Origin: Trichoplax adhaerens
Lineage: Eukaryota > Animalia > Placozoa
DNA length: 64,000 bases
Assembly: GCF_000150275.1 (NCBI RefSeq)
Contig: NW_002060949.1
Span: 3,602,449-3,666,448, forward strand
Direction: 5' to 3'
Made by a program: the position numbers and the translations under genes
In this document: positions 1 to 14,400 of the stretch, piece by piece
How the letters are laid out: each line of letters starts with the position of its first letter
Numbering within the stretch: position 1 is the first letter of the stretch
The notes under the pieces: generated by a model
Databases searched by the model: none
What the model was told of the DNA's origin: nothing
The model's input: only the letters and a program-made list of their open reading frames with translations

Positions 1-2569
1 TTAATATACATGGAAAAAATTAAAAGATAATGGAATGTAACGAGAATAATTTGTTGCATGTCTATAAATTTTAGTGTCGCCAATGCAATCATTAAAATAA
101 CAATTTTTAACGTATATCTATGATTATGAATAGAATCGCTTTGGTTGATTTATTTCACTAATACCCATATATCCAATAGTGTTACTAATTACATTATTAT
201 GATTAAGGCATAGCTTAACGTTACTTACCGTCCCATGTACCAAATAAAGCGGGCTCTCTGACGAAGAAATTTGCTTTCCACCATGGTTGGAAACCTTTTG
301 CCTAATAAAATACCATTAAAACTTTCATTTCAATATCTTTCATGAAACTAAGTATTGTTAGTAAGATACTATATTACAGTGTTGTTTTCGTGTATGTATC
401 ATTGCGCAACTATCAAGATACCATTAATTTACTCATTAAAACATAAGACTGTTGTATTATTTTCCTTGAAGAAATAGATAGCATTGGTATAAGAAATATT
501 GATCACAAATGAGATTCCAGTTAGGATAAAGAAAAAATAAATATGATTAGCGAATGATATCGCTCAATTATTGATAATCAAGTGAGCTTCCACATTCGTA
601 TATCATTTTAAGAATAAATATATACCGGTTAAGTTTCAAGACATAGCAGACGAGTGTTGTAAGCATTGATGGCCATAAATTTAAACATGAATTTAGAAGT
701 AACAATAGAATAGAATTAATTAAGGAGTAAGCTACTAAACCATTTCCATATCCAATCATTTCATTTTTTTTTTATAGTACATCTTGAAGGAAAATACTAT
801 TTTTGATGAATGGATAACTCCACCCCCTGTTAGAAGCAACAATTTCTATAGTATAAACTTCTAGCTATTTTTTGGCGACCGATAATAATTTAATTTATAG
901 GAAAATTCGTGACGAAATCATAAATATAATTGGTATATTTTATGTCTTTTGAAGTCATTCATTGGGGGTATACTTGTATACGTGTAAAAGTATTTCCGTG
1001 AAAATTATTAACGCCAACTGTAACTACTGGTCTACTAAGGTGATATTACAAGTTATCCATTTTCTATTAATACCGTATTTCTATCTCTATTTTAAAATGA
1101 GTTATTCTTAAGCAGTGATTACCCAAGTAAGGTAAGCTGGTAGATTACATAATCACTATGTTATCTATTATTTAATGCTTCCAGTCATTTTGAATACAAA
1201 TAGTATTTTATCTTGAACTGTTAGTGTAAAATGATTTCCAACGTAACTTTGATTCTAGGATAATCCATTGAAAGAATAAAATAGATATCATATCGAATGC
1301 TAGCCAAGCTATAGTATAACTAAATGACATTGTCAATATCCATTAGAGTTAATACTTTGATCGAATGCATACATATAATTCAATCCTATGGGAAGAACTA
1401 ATCTACAAAGCCTATAGCCTCTATTGTGATATACGTATAATTCGATATCACCATCTGGCTCATTATTTGGATATTAATAATTAAAATTATCACTTGGAAG
1501 GTAATATCATTAATTGTATTTTTCCTTCCATCGAATTGTATGGTAGAAAAGGGAAAAGTACCAATTATAAACAAGTAAATAAGCATCTGGTCAATCTAAA
1601 ATATCTTCTACACTATATACCTCTCTATATTATTCCATACGCTATATATATACGGGTATTATCATGATTAGGAGAAGAATGCAAGAAATCTTTTCTCAAA
1701 CTATTGTAATAAAATTGCCTAAAATCCGTTGACTTTGTCTAAAAATAATAGGATAATAATAAATTGCGTTAAAAATGCTTGAAATAGAGTATCCATTAGA
1801 TTATGATCACCAACTAGTTCATGAGTTCATAAGGAAGAGATTTTCCTTGCCTTCTATATATCCCATCGTAAGCTTGTTCAATTTTATGATCATCATTGTG
1901 AAGAAGAAATGGTAGTCTGGTAAAGGATTCCGGGTAGAATAGAATAGGAATAAATTGTGATCACTAACCGTAGGTCAATGAGGAAGAAAAGTTTACTCTA
2001 CCATCTCAAAACCCCATTATAAAACTTGTCAAATTCGTCTAGGATCATTGGGAAAGAAATATTGCGATCAGGGAAGGGATTTTGAGTCGATTAGTATAGA
2101 CTATCATCATCAATGATGGACCCATGTCAAAGAATATCTTTGCTCTTACAATTATGCCAAATATTTGAGGTGCCTAAGAAATCAACCATGAGATACCTTT
2201 CTATGTAGCCTATTACAAGCTGGTTGAATTCTATTTTTATTATAGTTATTGAGAAAGAGAAAATAATGGTTATGAAAGCGATTGTAAGTAGAATTAGAAT
2301 AGACTATAATAATTACAAGGGTCAATTAGGATAAAGGCTAAAAAAAGAAATGTCTCATTTTGGTTACAAAAGTATGTTGAATAGATTTCATTTATTTTGA
2401 TGAAAGTGGTTTAGTCCAGATTAGTCATTCGATATTGTATTGCTGCGCTTATTGCATTTTCCTTTTCAAAAGTAGAATCGATTAAAAGGGCCAGAGATAA
2501 TACAGTTCAAGTAAAAGACTAAAACTATGACAGTATTTTTATTGCGAGGAAATATTCAATTTGAAATTT

Positions 2570-2770
2570 TATTTTCGAGATAGATCGCATTTGAGTATGT
2601 TAAGTGTCTATAGAAGTAATGTGGCCGTGGTGTACCTTATTTCGGTGATAGGGTTCATCATTAAATCTATTTTCGAGATAGATCGCATTTGAGTATGTTA
2701 AGAAAGTGTCTATAGAAGCAATGTGACAGTGGTACCTTATTTTGGGTGATAGGGTTCGTCAATAAATCTA
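2570..2770. repeat. Imperfect direct duplication of about 98 bp
   Basis: TATTTTCGAGATAGATCGCATTTGAGTATGTTAAG...GGTGATAGGGTTC occurs at about 2570 and 2668. Confidence 0.8.
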
Positions 2771-3489
2771 TTGGATGTTGAATAGATGGCAAAGCGTAGT
2801 TTACAGTTTGTGCCTCGTTGGATAATTTTAAAAAAAGATTGTCAACAACTAAAGTACTCCAATCTAATGGTAAACAAAATAATTCGAAATTGTCGTCAAT
2901 TCTATCTATAGTATTTATGGAGTGGATGCGGAAAATGGATGGCTATGACTTATAGAAAGAAATAAAAAGCAATGGAAAATATCGAATTTATACATCAAGT
3001 CTATTGGTATCCATAAGGACGTTTCCGAAAAAAATGTTGAAGGTTGGAACATTGGCCGGTAATATTAAAATATCGAATTTCTACAGCAATCTATTGGTAT
3101 GTTAAAGCAACATGGCCTGTTCAATTAATTTATCCGATGTATGAGAGAGAGAGAGAGAGATATACACAAAATCTATTGGTAACTATGTCGATATGGACGT
3201 TTTCATGGAATGTTGAACAAGTTGGCCTATAAAATTCAATATCCAATTTCTATACAAAATCGATTGGTATCCATGTCGATATGGATGTTGGAATGGATTG
3301 TTGGAAGAAAATGGGGCCCGTAAAATGAAATGTCTAAATTATCTCCAGAATCAATCAATCGTAAAATGTTTAATAGATCGACATTTGTAGTAGATTGTTC
3401 TTCAAAATAGGAGAGAGAAAGACAAGGCTTAAAAACATTGAATACAAATAGTATTCCATTCAACTTGAACTGCTGCATCTAAGCACCAG

Positions 3490-3836
3490 ACTAGTTGTCC
3501 ATTGGCATGTCTAAATTGGAAATTTCTTCTTTCCAAGTGACAAGAAGCAATGTTGTGGGCAAATTTTGTTTTTATTGACTTTGACAATATAAAAAGGAGC
3601 ATTGAATAGGGACAACATCTGTAAAGTAATGTAAAGTAGGCTCGATGTAATTGTTGAATGGCTTTTAAAGCTATTGAGTTATTGCCTCTATCCTTTGCAG
3701 CTTATAAAAGATACAACAGCAACGACAAGAAAAAATGAAAGTAGATTGTCCACATTGTCGGCCGATTGGAAGGCACATCAATCGATTGTATCCTGATGGA
3801 TTGGTGTTAAAGTACTTGGATGCATATGAAAAGTAA
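3490..3836 (+). pseudogene. Possible decayed RING-finger gene fragment
   Basis: Pieces translate as SCPLACL, QCCGQ, then (frameshift) FCFY*L. After a tttgcag acceptor comes KVDCPHCRPIGRHINRLYPDGLVLKYLDAYEK* (stop 3834-3836). The Cys pattern is RING-like but carries stops and frameshifts. Confidence 0.3.
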
Positions 3837-5129
3837 ATAAAAAAAAAGAAGAAGAAGAAGAAACTGCTCCTTCTTTGCATCTATCCAATGATTGGCCAAG
3901 ATTAATTATTACCGCTAGTTTAATTGATGGAATCAAAAAGTCCTACGCATCCATTTAGTATTCAACGCGTTTGAATAAATGGATAAAAAATTGGGGCTAT
4001 GAATGATTCAACAATTGTTGACATTGATTCAAGAATGATTAGTGGCCTACTATTTTTATATCGTCGTTTACTCGTCTTACTTAACGATTGTACGGTTTAA
4101 CTATTTCAATCAAACAGTTTTGTTATTTAGTTTAAAAGTTGAATTATTTTTTTTTCTTTTCATGAAGTAACGGAGAAATAACTTTAGTATTTCAAAGTGA
4201 TGATGATCGTAGTTTTCATTGAACCTATTCTATTGATTTTCTAACTTCCTGTAGGCAAAAAGTAACTTGTACAACATCACAACTTTATCATGTAGTCAAA
4301 AGGATAAATTTGAAATGAAACTATTCAAGTTGACAATTCAAATTATCCATAAGTGTAAAAAAGAATGAAATTAGCTGAAGGAGAGATAGTTGAAAATGCA
4401 ATTCTAACTGTAAATAAGGTTACGCAAGGAGTTGAAAAAATATCAGAATCCAAAATAATCATTCATGCAAAGTGTTGAGGTGGTTCAGGAGAATTGCGTT
4501 TTATTCTTGGTAAAGGAATAAGTGTTGTAGACATTTGGTTATGCTATATCTGTCATGATTCAATTAGAACTAGCTTTAATTTACCTCTCGTTCTTCGTCT
4601 TCTTCGAATAAATCTTTCATACTTTTCCCTGCTTGATGAGATGGAGTTGTATAAATTTCTAACGGGCTATTTGTTGATGTTAAATCAAGACCTTGATCTA
4701 GATTGCCATCCGATGTCTGGACTTGATGATGATTTAAATTAGAGTTATTTTGATCTGAACTTTCCATTTTACTTTAACTTGTTTAAGCTTTTTCAGGTAG
4801 AACATCCAATTGATAGTATAAGTTATATATATACAGGACTTGAGAGGAGTTGTTGCTGTCTTCTATGATACAGTAATTAATGTCAATGTCATGAGCTAAT
4901 TTGCACTTCTCTTTAGTTGCGGCTATCAATCCATAAGACAAAAATGAAAAAGAAATTGAGAAAAAAATAATTTCATTTCTTCCCTTGTTGAATCAAAGTA
5001 GATCGATGAAGAATAGTTGCATTATTTAAATTGGTTATTTGTTATGCTCTAATAAAGAAAGAATAAGGAGATGATAATTTCATAAATTTATATTGGATTG
5101 CTGTAAAAAGGAGGTAGGATTAGAACTTG

Positions 5130-6790
5130 AACTCTTGATCGTATCCTAGTAGAATCGCTGAGTGATATCCATCCGCTAGAGCTATGGAAAAGCGATGGAA
5201 AGGTCGAAAAGATTGCATGGTTTAACTACATTTGCTCATAGACGGTAGTCATGACTGTTTCTACCGTCTCTACTTTCAGCGATAATATTGGAAGAGAGAA
5301 TGATCCTATTTTGAACTTTCGATACCTCTATTAATATTCTCCTAGAATGGCGAGATGGTGGACACTTAACGAAAGCGATGGATAAGCGATTGAAAAGGGG
5401 AAAGTAAATCGGCTGTTCTACTCGATCAATAAACGAATTAGTGGCATGATGACAATAGTACAAACTTGTCAATCTCCATTTCTACTTACAACGATTCAAA
5501 ATGGATATTAGTATCATTGCAATTTTTGATCCCTCTGCTAATCTTCACCTAGAAGGGCGAGATGATGCTTATGAACAAGGAGTATAGAGAAGGAATTGCA
5601 GAAAAGGAAAAAAATGAATGGGGATGTCCATAGTTTTACTCATTACTCGATCGATAAGGCGAAATCATGACACGACTTTAATCTCTACTTTTAACCATGG
5701 TATTGAAGAAGAAAGACATGATGATGGTTTGATTCTCTGATTTCTTGGATCTTATCCTAGAAATAGCGAGAGCTGCGGACAAGCGATTGAAAGGGAGGGC
5801 AAGGGAAAGAATAAGGACATTGATAGTTTTACCAGATCGAGAAAAGGATAGATGAAATTCTATCTCTACTTCTAAATACAGTGTAGAAGAAGAAAAGGAT
5901 TATGATTTCGAGGGGAAGAATGAGGATATCGCTAGTTTTACCAGATCGAGAAAAGGAATGAGGATATCGATAGTTTTACCAGATCGAGAAAAGGATAGAT
6001 GAAATTCTATCTCTACTTCTAAATACAGTGTAGAAGAAGAAAAGGATTATGATTTGAATGTATGAAACCTTGCTCAATGCTCATGTCCTTCTTGGATGGC
6101 AAGATGATGGGCGGGAGTTAATATGATCCAAGGAGGGAAAGGACAAAGATGGCGATTATTTATTTTGACTACTGTAGAGGAATAAACTAACGGATCAAAT
6201 CCTAACGACACGTTCAGTCTCTATCTCTACTTACTACTACGGATTGAAGAATTTGGACACATGATTATGATTTGAATCTTTGATATTAGTGCTGTTATCC
6301 TCTTGCAATGGCAAGATGATGTTGATGAACGCAAGTTGGAGTGATCCAAAGAGGAAAAGGACAAGGGTATCGATTATTTTACTACAGTAAATGGACCAAC
6401 TAGCGGATGAAATGATGACGATAATTTCAATCTGTACTTGCGACTACAATATGAAAGAAAGGGTATTGAAAATGAAGGATCCGATTCTAATTTCAATCGC
6501 TGCTACCTTGCTCCTATCCTTGTAGGATGGCGAGATGATGCTTATGAAGGAGAATGGCAGTGATCCAAGGAAGGAAAGGATATCGATTACTTTACTACCG
6601 TAGATGGATCCATTCAAGGCTGAAATGATAGAGACACCTTCAATCTCCATCTGCACTCGCAACTACGCTATTCGAGAAATAGGATTCGAAATGAAAGGCA
6701 TCATGATGATTTGAATATGTGAAAGCCTGTGCTAAAAAACGCCAGTCCTATTCTGCTGGAATAACAAGATGATGTCCATTTATTATCATT
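5130..6790. repeat. Highly degenerate tandem array, period about 210 bp, with a recent internal duplication
   Basis: The anchor GGC(G/A)AGATGATG recurs at about 5349, 5556, 5765, 6098, 6310, 6529 and 6763. There is a near-exact block at about 5822-5908 and 5969-6055. Confidence 0.6.
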
Positions 6791-8014
6791 TTTAAGAGGG
6801 GAAAACCCAGTCTGTCCATCATCGTATTGCATCCCAAACAGACTGGCTAACTGGAGTTTCATGCTATGACGACCATCATGTCACTGCTGAATATCGTCTC
6901 TATCGCAATTTTGAAGTATCATGAAGGTATCAACATCATTTGTCATGAAGGAAAAGGATTGGATGAGGAAAATACCCTTACAAAACGTTGGTTTATCCTC
7001 CTTTCATTCAAATGAACTATGGTGATGATCAAGGTGGACAGTATAGCAAACAGACTGCTATCGACTAATGTACGCTTAAAGCCAAACGATGATTGTCCAT
7101 TTTGAAAAAGGGAAAATACGCCTGGATGAAGAAGAACAACTCCAACTGAAAGCATGGTCATCCACGGCCATTTTAACTGGGAGAATCAAGGATGAATCTT
7201 CAGTTAGAATGACAAGAGATCAACTTACCCCTAGTTGAAGATCATTTCCATTCTTCGATCATTCTTAAACGATAAAGATGGACTTTATCCTCTCGCTCGT
7301 TTGCAACAAGCGAGGAATGCCGACGCAAGAAGAAGACGGAGAGAGAGGGGGAATAAAATGAATGCAATCGCAATCGCTGGTCGATTTAGCGATTGCAATA
7401 TCCAATTGGTTGACGACAACGAGTAAGTACTTGCTGTTTGCCTAGTCCAAGGTTAGTCTAATAGAGAAGGGAAGTGGATCAAGACTTTCAATTCTATCCA
7501 TATAAATAACAAGTTATGCAGTTAATCAAACTCTTTTTTCTCTTACTGCTGATTGAATCAATAGGTAAGACAATAGCTAGAAAAGAGATCATAAGGCGTA
7601 GAATTGGTTAATGCACCTCCTGGTGTTCTTTATTGATGCTGTAGAAATGGCGATGGGATACTATCGCCAACCAAGCTACGCAAGTAGTCTTGCTATGCTA
7701 GTTAGACTTCTACTAGGATGATGATGTCCATTTCTCATGGCAAAAGTAAACATAACTTCTCTCTTGTCTGTTTATGGTAGTCAAGTTAACAATCTATTGT
7801 CCAGGTCGGCAACAATCGTTGAAGAGAAATTGTATAGCGGCAATAGAGTAGTATTTGCATTAATGGTTGCAACAATCCTTTCCTTCTCTTGATGACGATG
7901 ATTGACAGAAAATCATCTCCTTATTATACGTTCCATTTCGACATTGAAAGAAAGGCTTGCTCTCGGCTAGACGGGGGTCCTGCCCAGCCATTAATGGATG
8001 GCCAGCCGGAATGA

Positions 8015-9520
8015 TGCAGGCTAAAATTGCATACAGGTTGTACAAATCCATGCTTGAATGAGTAGTCCTTGTCTAGGCAATGATGATAGGTCTAAATTGG
8101 CAAATTGGAGGCTAAAATTGCTTACAGGATGTACAAATCAATGCTTGAATGAGTAGTCGTTGTCTAAGAAGTGATGACAGGTCTAAATTGGCAAAATGCA
8201 GACTAAACTTTCATGCAGGTTGCACAAATCCATGCTTGAATGAGTAGGTCTAAATTGGCAAAATGCAGGCTGCACAAATCCATGCTTGAATGAGTAGTCC
8301 TTGTCTAGGCAATGATGATAGGTCTAAATTGGCAAATTGGAGGCTAAAATTGCTTACAGGATGTACAAATCAATGCTTGCATGAGTAGTCGTTGTCTAAG
8401 AAGTGATGACAGGTCTAAATTGGCAAAATGCAGACTAAACTTTCATGCAGGTTGCACAAATTCATGCTTGAATGAGTAGGTCTAAATTGGCAAAATGCAG
8501 GCTGCACAAATCCATGCTTGAATGAGTAGGTCTAAATTGGCAAAATGCAGGCTGCACAAATCCATGCTTGAATGAGTAGTCCTTGTCTAGGCAATGATGA
8601 TAGGTCTAAATTGGCAAATTGGAGGCTAAAATTGCTTACAGGATGTACAAATCAATACTTGAATGAGTAGTCGTTGTCTAAGAAGTGATGACAGGTCTAA
8701 ATTGGCAAAATGCAGACTAAACTTTCATGCAGGTTGCACAAATCCATGCTTGAATGAGTAGGTCTAAATTGGCAAAATGCAGGTTGCACAAATCCATGCT
8801 TGAATGAGTAGTCCTTGTCTAGGAAGTCATGAGAGGTCTAAATTAGCAAAATGCAGGATAAAATTTCATGCAGGTTGCACAAATCCATGCTTGAATGAGT
8901 AGGTCTAAATTGGCAAATTGGAGGCTAAAATTTCGTGCAGGTTGCACAAATCCATGCTTGAATGAGTAGGTCTAAATTAGCAAAATGCAGGATCAAATTT
9001 CATACAGATTGTACAAATCAATGCTTGAATGAATAGTCGTTGTCTAAGAAGTGAGGAGAGGTCTAAATTGGCAAAATGCAGACTAAAATTTCATGCAGGT
9101 TGCACAAGTCCATGCTTGAATGAGTAGGTCTAAATTGGCAAATTGGAGGCTAAAATTTCGTGCAGGTTGCACAAATCCATGCTTGAATGAGTAGGTCTAA
9201 ATTAGCAAAATGCAGGATCAAATTTCATACAGATTGTACAAATCAATGCTTGAATGAATAGTCGTTGTCTAAGAAGTGAGGAGAGGTCTAAATTGGCAAA
9301 ATGCAGACTAAAATTTCATGCAGGTTGCACAAGTCCATGCTTGAATGAGTAGTCCTTGTCTAGGAAGTGATCAGAGGCCTAAATTGGCAAGATGCAGGAT
9401 AAAATTTATATAAAAAAAAATATATATATATAAAATTTCATACTGATTGTACAAATCAATGCTTGAATGAGTAGTCGTTGTCTAGGAAGTGATGAGAGGC
9501 CTAAATTGGCAAAATTTCAT
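8015..9520. repeat. Minisatellite with 91/67/50-bp monomer variants
   Basis: The anchor ATGCTTGAATGAGTAG (a few copies vary by one base) lies at 8050, 8141, 8232, 8282, 8373, 8464, 8514, 8564, 8655, 8746, 8796, 8887, 8954, 9021, 9112, 9179, 9246, 9337 and 9459. Confidence 0.95.
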
Positions 9521-11485
9521 TCTTCAATCAAGGTCGGTCTTTCCACTATGGCTTCCATCTTGACATCTGTGTCAGCGAAAGTCATGAGCGGATGTCGACA
9601 TATCATGGATATCTAATAATGATAGAGATCGATAATTAGATCAATTATAAATCCTACTGTATCACTACCAATAAAATGGATCTCCAGTTGTGTCGGCCCA
9701 ACAGGGACTAGTAGAATAAAATGGATGATGGAGAGGGGGTAAAATTCCGCATTGCTTGTGCAATTGCATTCTTCAATGAATATGGCATATTAAGCGATTC
9801 CGGATCTCGCCCCCCCCCCCCTCCAAAAAAAAGTCAAAATTTCCATCTTACTTCTCTGTCAAGCAGAGCCATGCATCGATATCGATACGTTATGGATATT
9901 AAAGTAATGTATATCACTACCAACGAAATTAATCTACAGTAGTCTGCGGCTACGCCGACTAGTAAAAGCAAGTAAATGATGGCAGCTGGAGTTGATATAG
10001 GGCAAAATTGAATACGGACACAGATCTTATTTAAAAAATTCATTATTGTAGTCAGGTTTCTATTTTAATCATGCTTTCCACCGTACTTCTGTGTCAATGA
10101 AAGCCATGAAACTGATATTGATACATTATAATTATACGCATTATACGGTATATATATACAGGTATATACAGTTATTGTAATGAATGGATATCCCTACTAA
10201 TAAAATTGATTGATCTACAGCAATTAGGGATAACACAGACTAGTACAGCAAGTGGATGATGAAAATTGCAGTAGATAGAGGCTAAAACTCCATACGCGGT
10301 GTAAAAATCAATCCTTGAATGAATATGATATACGAGGTATTAAGCGGTCACAGATCTCATCCAAAAATTTCATGATTTCATAAGAGAGGTCTCTGTTTTA
10401 AACTGATATCTACACGTCAGGATGTAGAGAGAGAAGCCGACTTGCTGCAGACTCTCCTAATTTACGTAGCCCAAAGATAGTTTACCCTCAAGACTGTAAT
10501 AAATACTTTGGCATATTTAATCCTACAATGAAGAATAATCATATGTATAATAAAAGAATAATTCGTCCTAGTTATGATGGCTTCAGCTTCCATGATTAAG
10601 GTTCAATAGAATTCACTTTTCCAAATAGGAAGCCATTGGGCCTAACACATTCATACAATTTAGCATATTCTGTAATTGTATGGAAACTTTTTTATTTGAA
10701 AATCAGCCTGATCGCGCATCATTTAATCAACTTTGAAGGCAATAGACTGTATTAAATACAGTAAATTATTACACTTGAAATGTTAGACACCTTCATCAAC
10801 CTCATCTTATGCCAATAGTATTACATTCGCCTTATTCGAGCGATGTTAAATGTACATTAAAGTTAACTGCTACCCAGACAATGTCAAAGTCAGCAGATCA
10901 CATCGATCGATATTCGTATCATATAGTACATTGACTACATTGAACAGTAAATATAAAGAATATGAACAAATTCATACAGCCAATTGGGTAAACTACAAAA
11001 ATAAATGGATATATATTGTCGTGTCTATAGATGTATCATAACATCCAAGGCTAAATACCATGTTGCTGATTTTACCTGTATAATCAATTCAAAAAAACAG
11101 GGCTTCTACATTCAGAGTTCAATTCGATATTATTCGACGGTACTACAGTATTTTACAAGGACTCAAGGAATGAGAAGGCTACAGGAAATGCATTCCTTTT
11201 CTTTCTCATTCCACTGCACTTATAGAACGAGTAAAAATAAGAAACTCAGTCTATTTTCAAAGAAACTTTACAGGTCTTTCAAGTCTTTGGTACACCAAAC
11301 ATGCTATCTGCTGCGGATATTGGCGTCATGAAAGTAAAGCATAATCGCCAAGTACAACATATTATAAAGTATATCTATATACATTATTTTCGTCGCAATC
11401 CTCATCCAATTGATATCGTGAGCAACTGCACCAATTCTAGCTTGTGTAAGCTATATACATCGAACTTTAAATTGGATACGGCTTG

Positions 11486-14400
11486 TTATGGCTGAAGTAA
11501 TGGTGTATCATCGTCTGTAGGCAATTTTTCATCATTATCACTATCTTTTCCTTCATCGTCGCTTGGAGCAAATGGGTTACAAGAATTTGGACCATTATAA
11601 CTTTCATTGGTGCTAGCAACAACATTATCCGTTTCTACATCATGTGAATTATCCTCACTAGTCTGTTCTTGGCAATCCTTTGACGCAGGCGGTGTAAAGG
11701 CAGAAGTAGCACTACTGTGGAATTGGAAGGTTTGTATGTCATTGCTTTCTTCTTGCTGGCTATTATGATTGATGCTAGCAGTGGTGGTGCTATTCCTATT
11801 CAGTTCGATCAATTGTATGCCATTAGCTGTTTCTTGTACGGTATTATTGTTGGCATTGGTAGCAGTATCTTCCGTTGAGATATTCAATAACAGTTCTTGT
11901 TCTTGAGTCGATCTATCGCCAGATTGCTGATTACTGGCGTTGTTATTATTACTAGTTGATGATGGTGTGTTAACGTCTTCAAATGGAGATACATAATTAG
12001 TGTAAACACTGGTAGGAGAAGGTGGCCTGTATGCTGGAGGATTATAAACAGGCGGTTCGGTCACTTCTGGAGGTATTACGGGTTCTGTTATGGCAACATC
12101 GCCGTAATATAAGAATGCCTAAAATAGAATCGCCACATTACTATTTGTTCATCACCTCAACATTCAATGCTCTATCATCATTACTTTTTAACATTATTCA
12201 TTACCTCTTGTTGATACGATTGTCTTACTACATAGGCCATCCTACAGCACAGTACTGACATCACAGAAGAACAGACAGCTTCTAGGCAAGTGATTGCTAA
12301 AATACAAGCGTACATAACTACCGCTATATTAGCGTCGGCGACGGTTAATTTGTTCATGAAGGAAGTTAAACCGTAGGCTGATACAATAATTCCACCCATC
12401 GAAGCGATTAGCGATACCATGGATGATAAGAGTAACGAACCAATCTATCAACAAATGATCGAATCGCCATTACTATCAATGATATTCAAGCCATACATTA
12501 TTCAACAAATGATCGTATCGCCATTACTATCATTGGTATTCAAGCCATACATTATTAGAAATCATGCACAGTAAATATCCCATGCAAAATGGCAAGAGTA
12601 ATCAACCAATCTATCAACAAATGATCGTATCATAACTACTATCAATGATATCCAAGCCATACATTATTAGAAATCATGCACAGTAAATATCCCATGCAAA
12701 ATGGCAAGAGTAATCAACCAATCTATCAACAAATGATCGTATCATAACTACTATCAATGATATCCAAGCCATACATTATTAGAAATCATGCACAGTAAAT
12801 ATCCCATGCAAAATGGCAAGAGTAATCAACCAATCTATCAACAAATGATCGTATCGCCATTACTATCATTGGTATTCAAGCCATACATTATTAGAAATCA
12901 TGCACAGTAAATATCCCATACAAAATGGCAAGAGTAATCAACCAATCTATCAACAAATGATCGTATGACTATTACTATCATTGATATTCAAGCCATGCAT
13001 TATTAGAAATCATACACTGTAAATATCCCATGCAAAAAGACTAATCAATCAATCTATCAACAAATGATCGTATGACTATTACTATCATTGATATTCAAGC
13101 CATATATTATTCAACAAATGATCGTATCGCCATTACTATCATTGATATTCAAGCCATACATTATTAGAAATCATACACAGTAAATATCCCATGTAAATAG
13201 ACTAATCAACCAATCTATCAACAAATGATCGTATGACTATTACTATCATTGGTATTCAAGCCATACATTATTAGAAATCATACACTGCAAATATCCCATG
13301 CAAAATGGCAAGAGTAATCAACCAATCTATCAACAAATGATCGTATCATAACTACTATCAATGATATCCAAGCCATACATTATTAGAAATCATACACTGT
13401 AAATATCCCATGCAAAATGACATTCATGAATCTGTATCATATAAAAAGATTTTGTGTGTCCTAGTATCAGTTCATAATTTTACATAAGCTAAATTAAAAA
13501 TAATTTGTTTCTTTCCTTTACATGCAATCGACCTTTTATGCAATAATGCAAAGTGTACATCACTTACCATACAATAAGTCTTTTTTGACGTTGTATATAC
13601 GCAAAGAACTCCAGAAATAAAGTACTAATGAAAGAAAAAGTAGAAATAAATTAGTCGTTTAATTAACAAACCATCCTACGCGTTTATAGGTATACTGTAA
13701 GTTGTCTGCATCGACTGCAATTGTAGTACGATACTAAATGTGTTTCTTTCTTTTCACGATAGTTGGAGTAGTATTTATTTCCATGAAAGAGTCATGAAGA
13801 TATAATCGTATTATTCATTCATTTATTTTATCCAAGTTTGGTATGGTCTTAACTAAATATGTTCAGCAAAGCTGCGATGCTGAAGTGGATAATTTCATTG
13901 TATAACGATACAATCTATGGCGAAAAATGATTATAATGATGATCAACAACTACTTCGCCTTAAGAAGGCGGCAATGAAAGAATCTCTTTACTTTCATACT
14001 ATTGGCATAGAATACATTATAGCTTGCAGAGTATGAGTTGGAGAGCCGAGAAAATCGATGTATACGACATCTTTCAATCTGTTCATGAGTATCGATACTA
14101 GGATAAGCTTGTGCTACAGTTCCCCTTGTATTGAGAGAGACATAGGCTAATTCTAGTCCGCGCATTTTATCCAATGGCGGTATTTCTGTCAAGCCCTGAA
14201 ACAGGATCGTTATTTATCACTTTACTAAAGTATCATAGATCTACGCGTTGATACTCTTTTCAAAGGATAACAAATATCCTCCATTGGAGATGCGACAGGA
14301 AACAAGATTTGAAATAGGTCAATATTGAATAATAACGTCAATTAAAATGTACTGTTTAGTCCATTAACAGGCTTACAATGCCTAATTACTATGCGTATTA

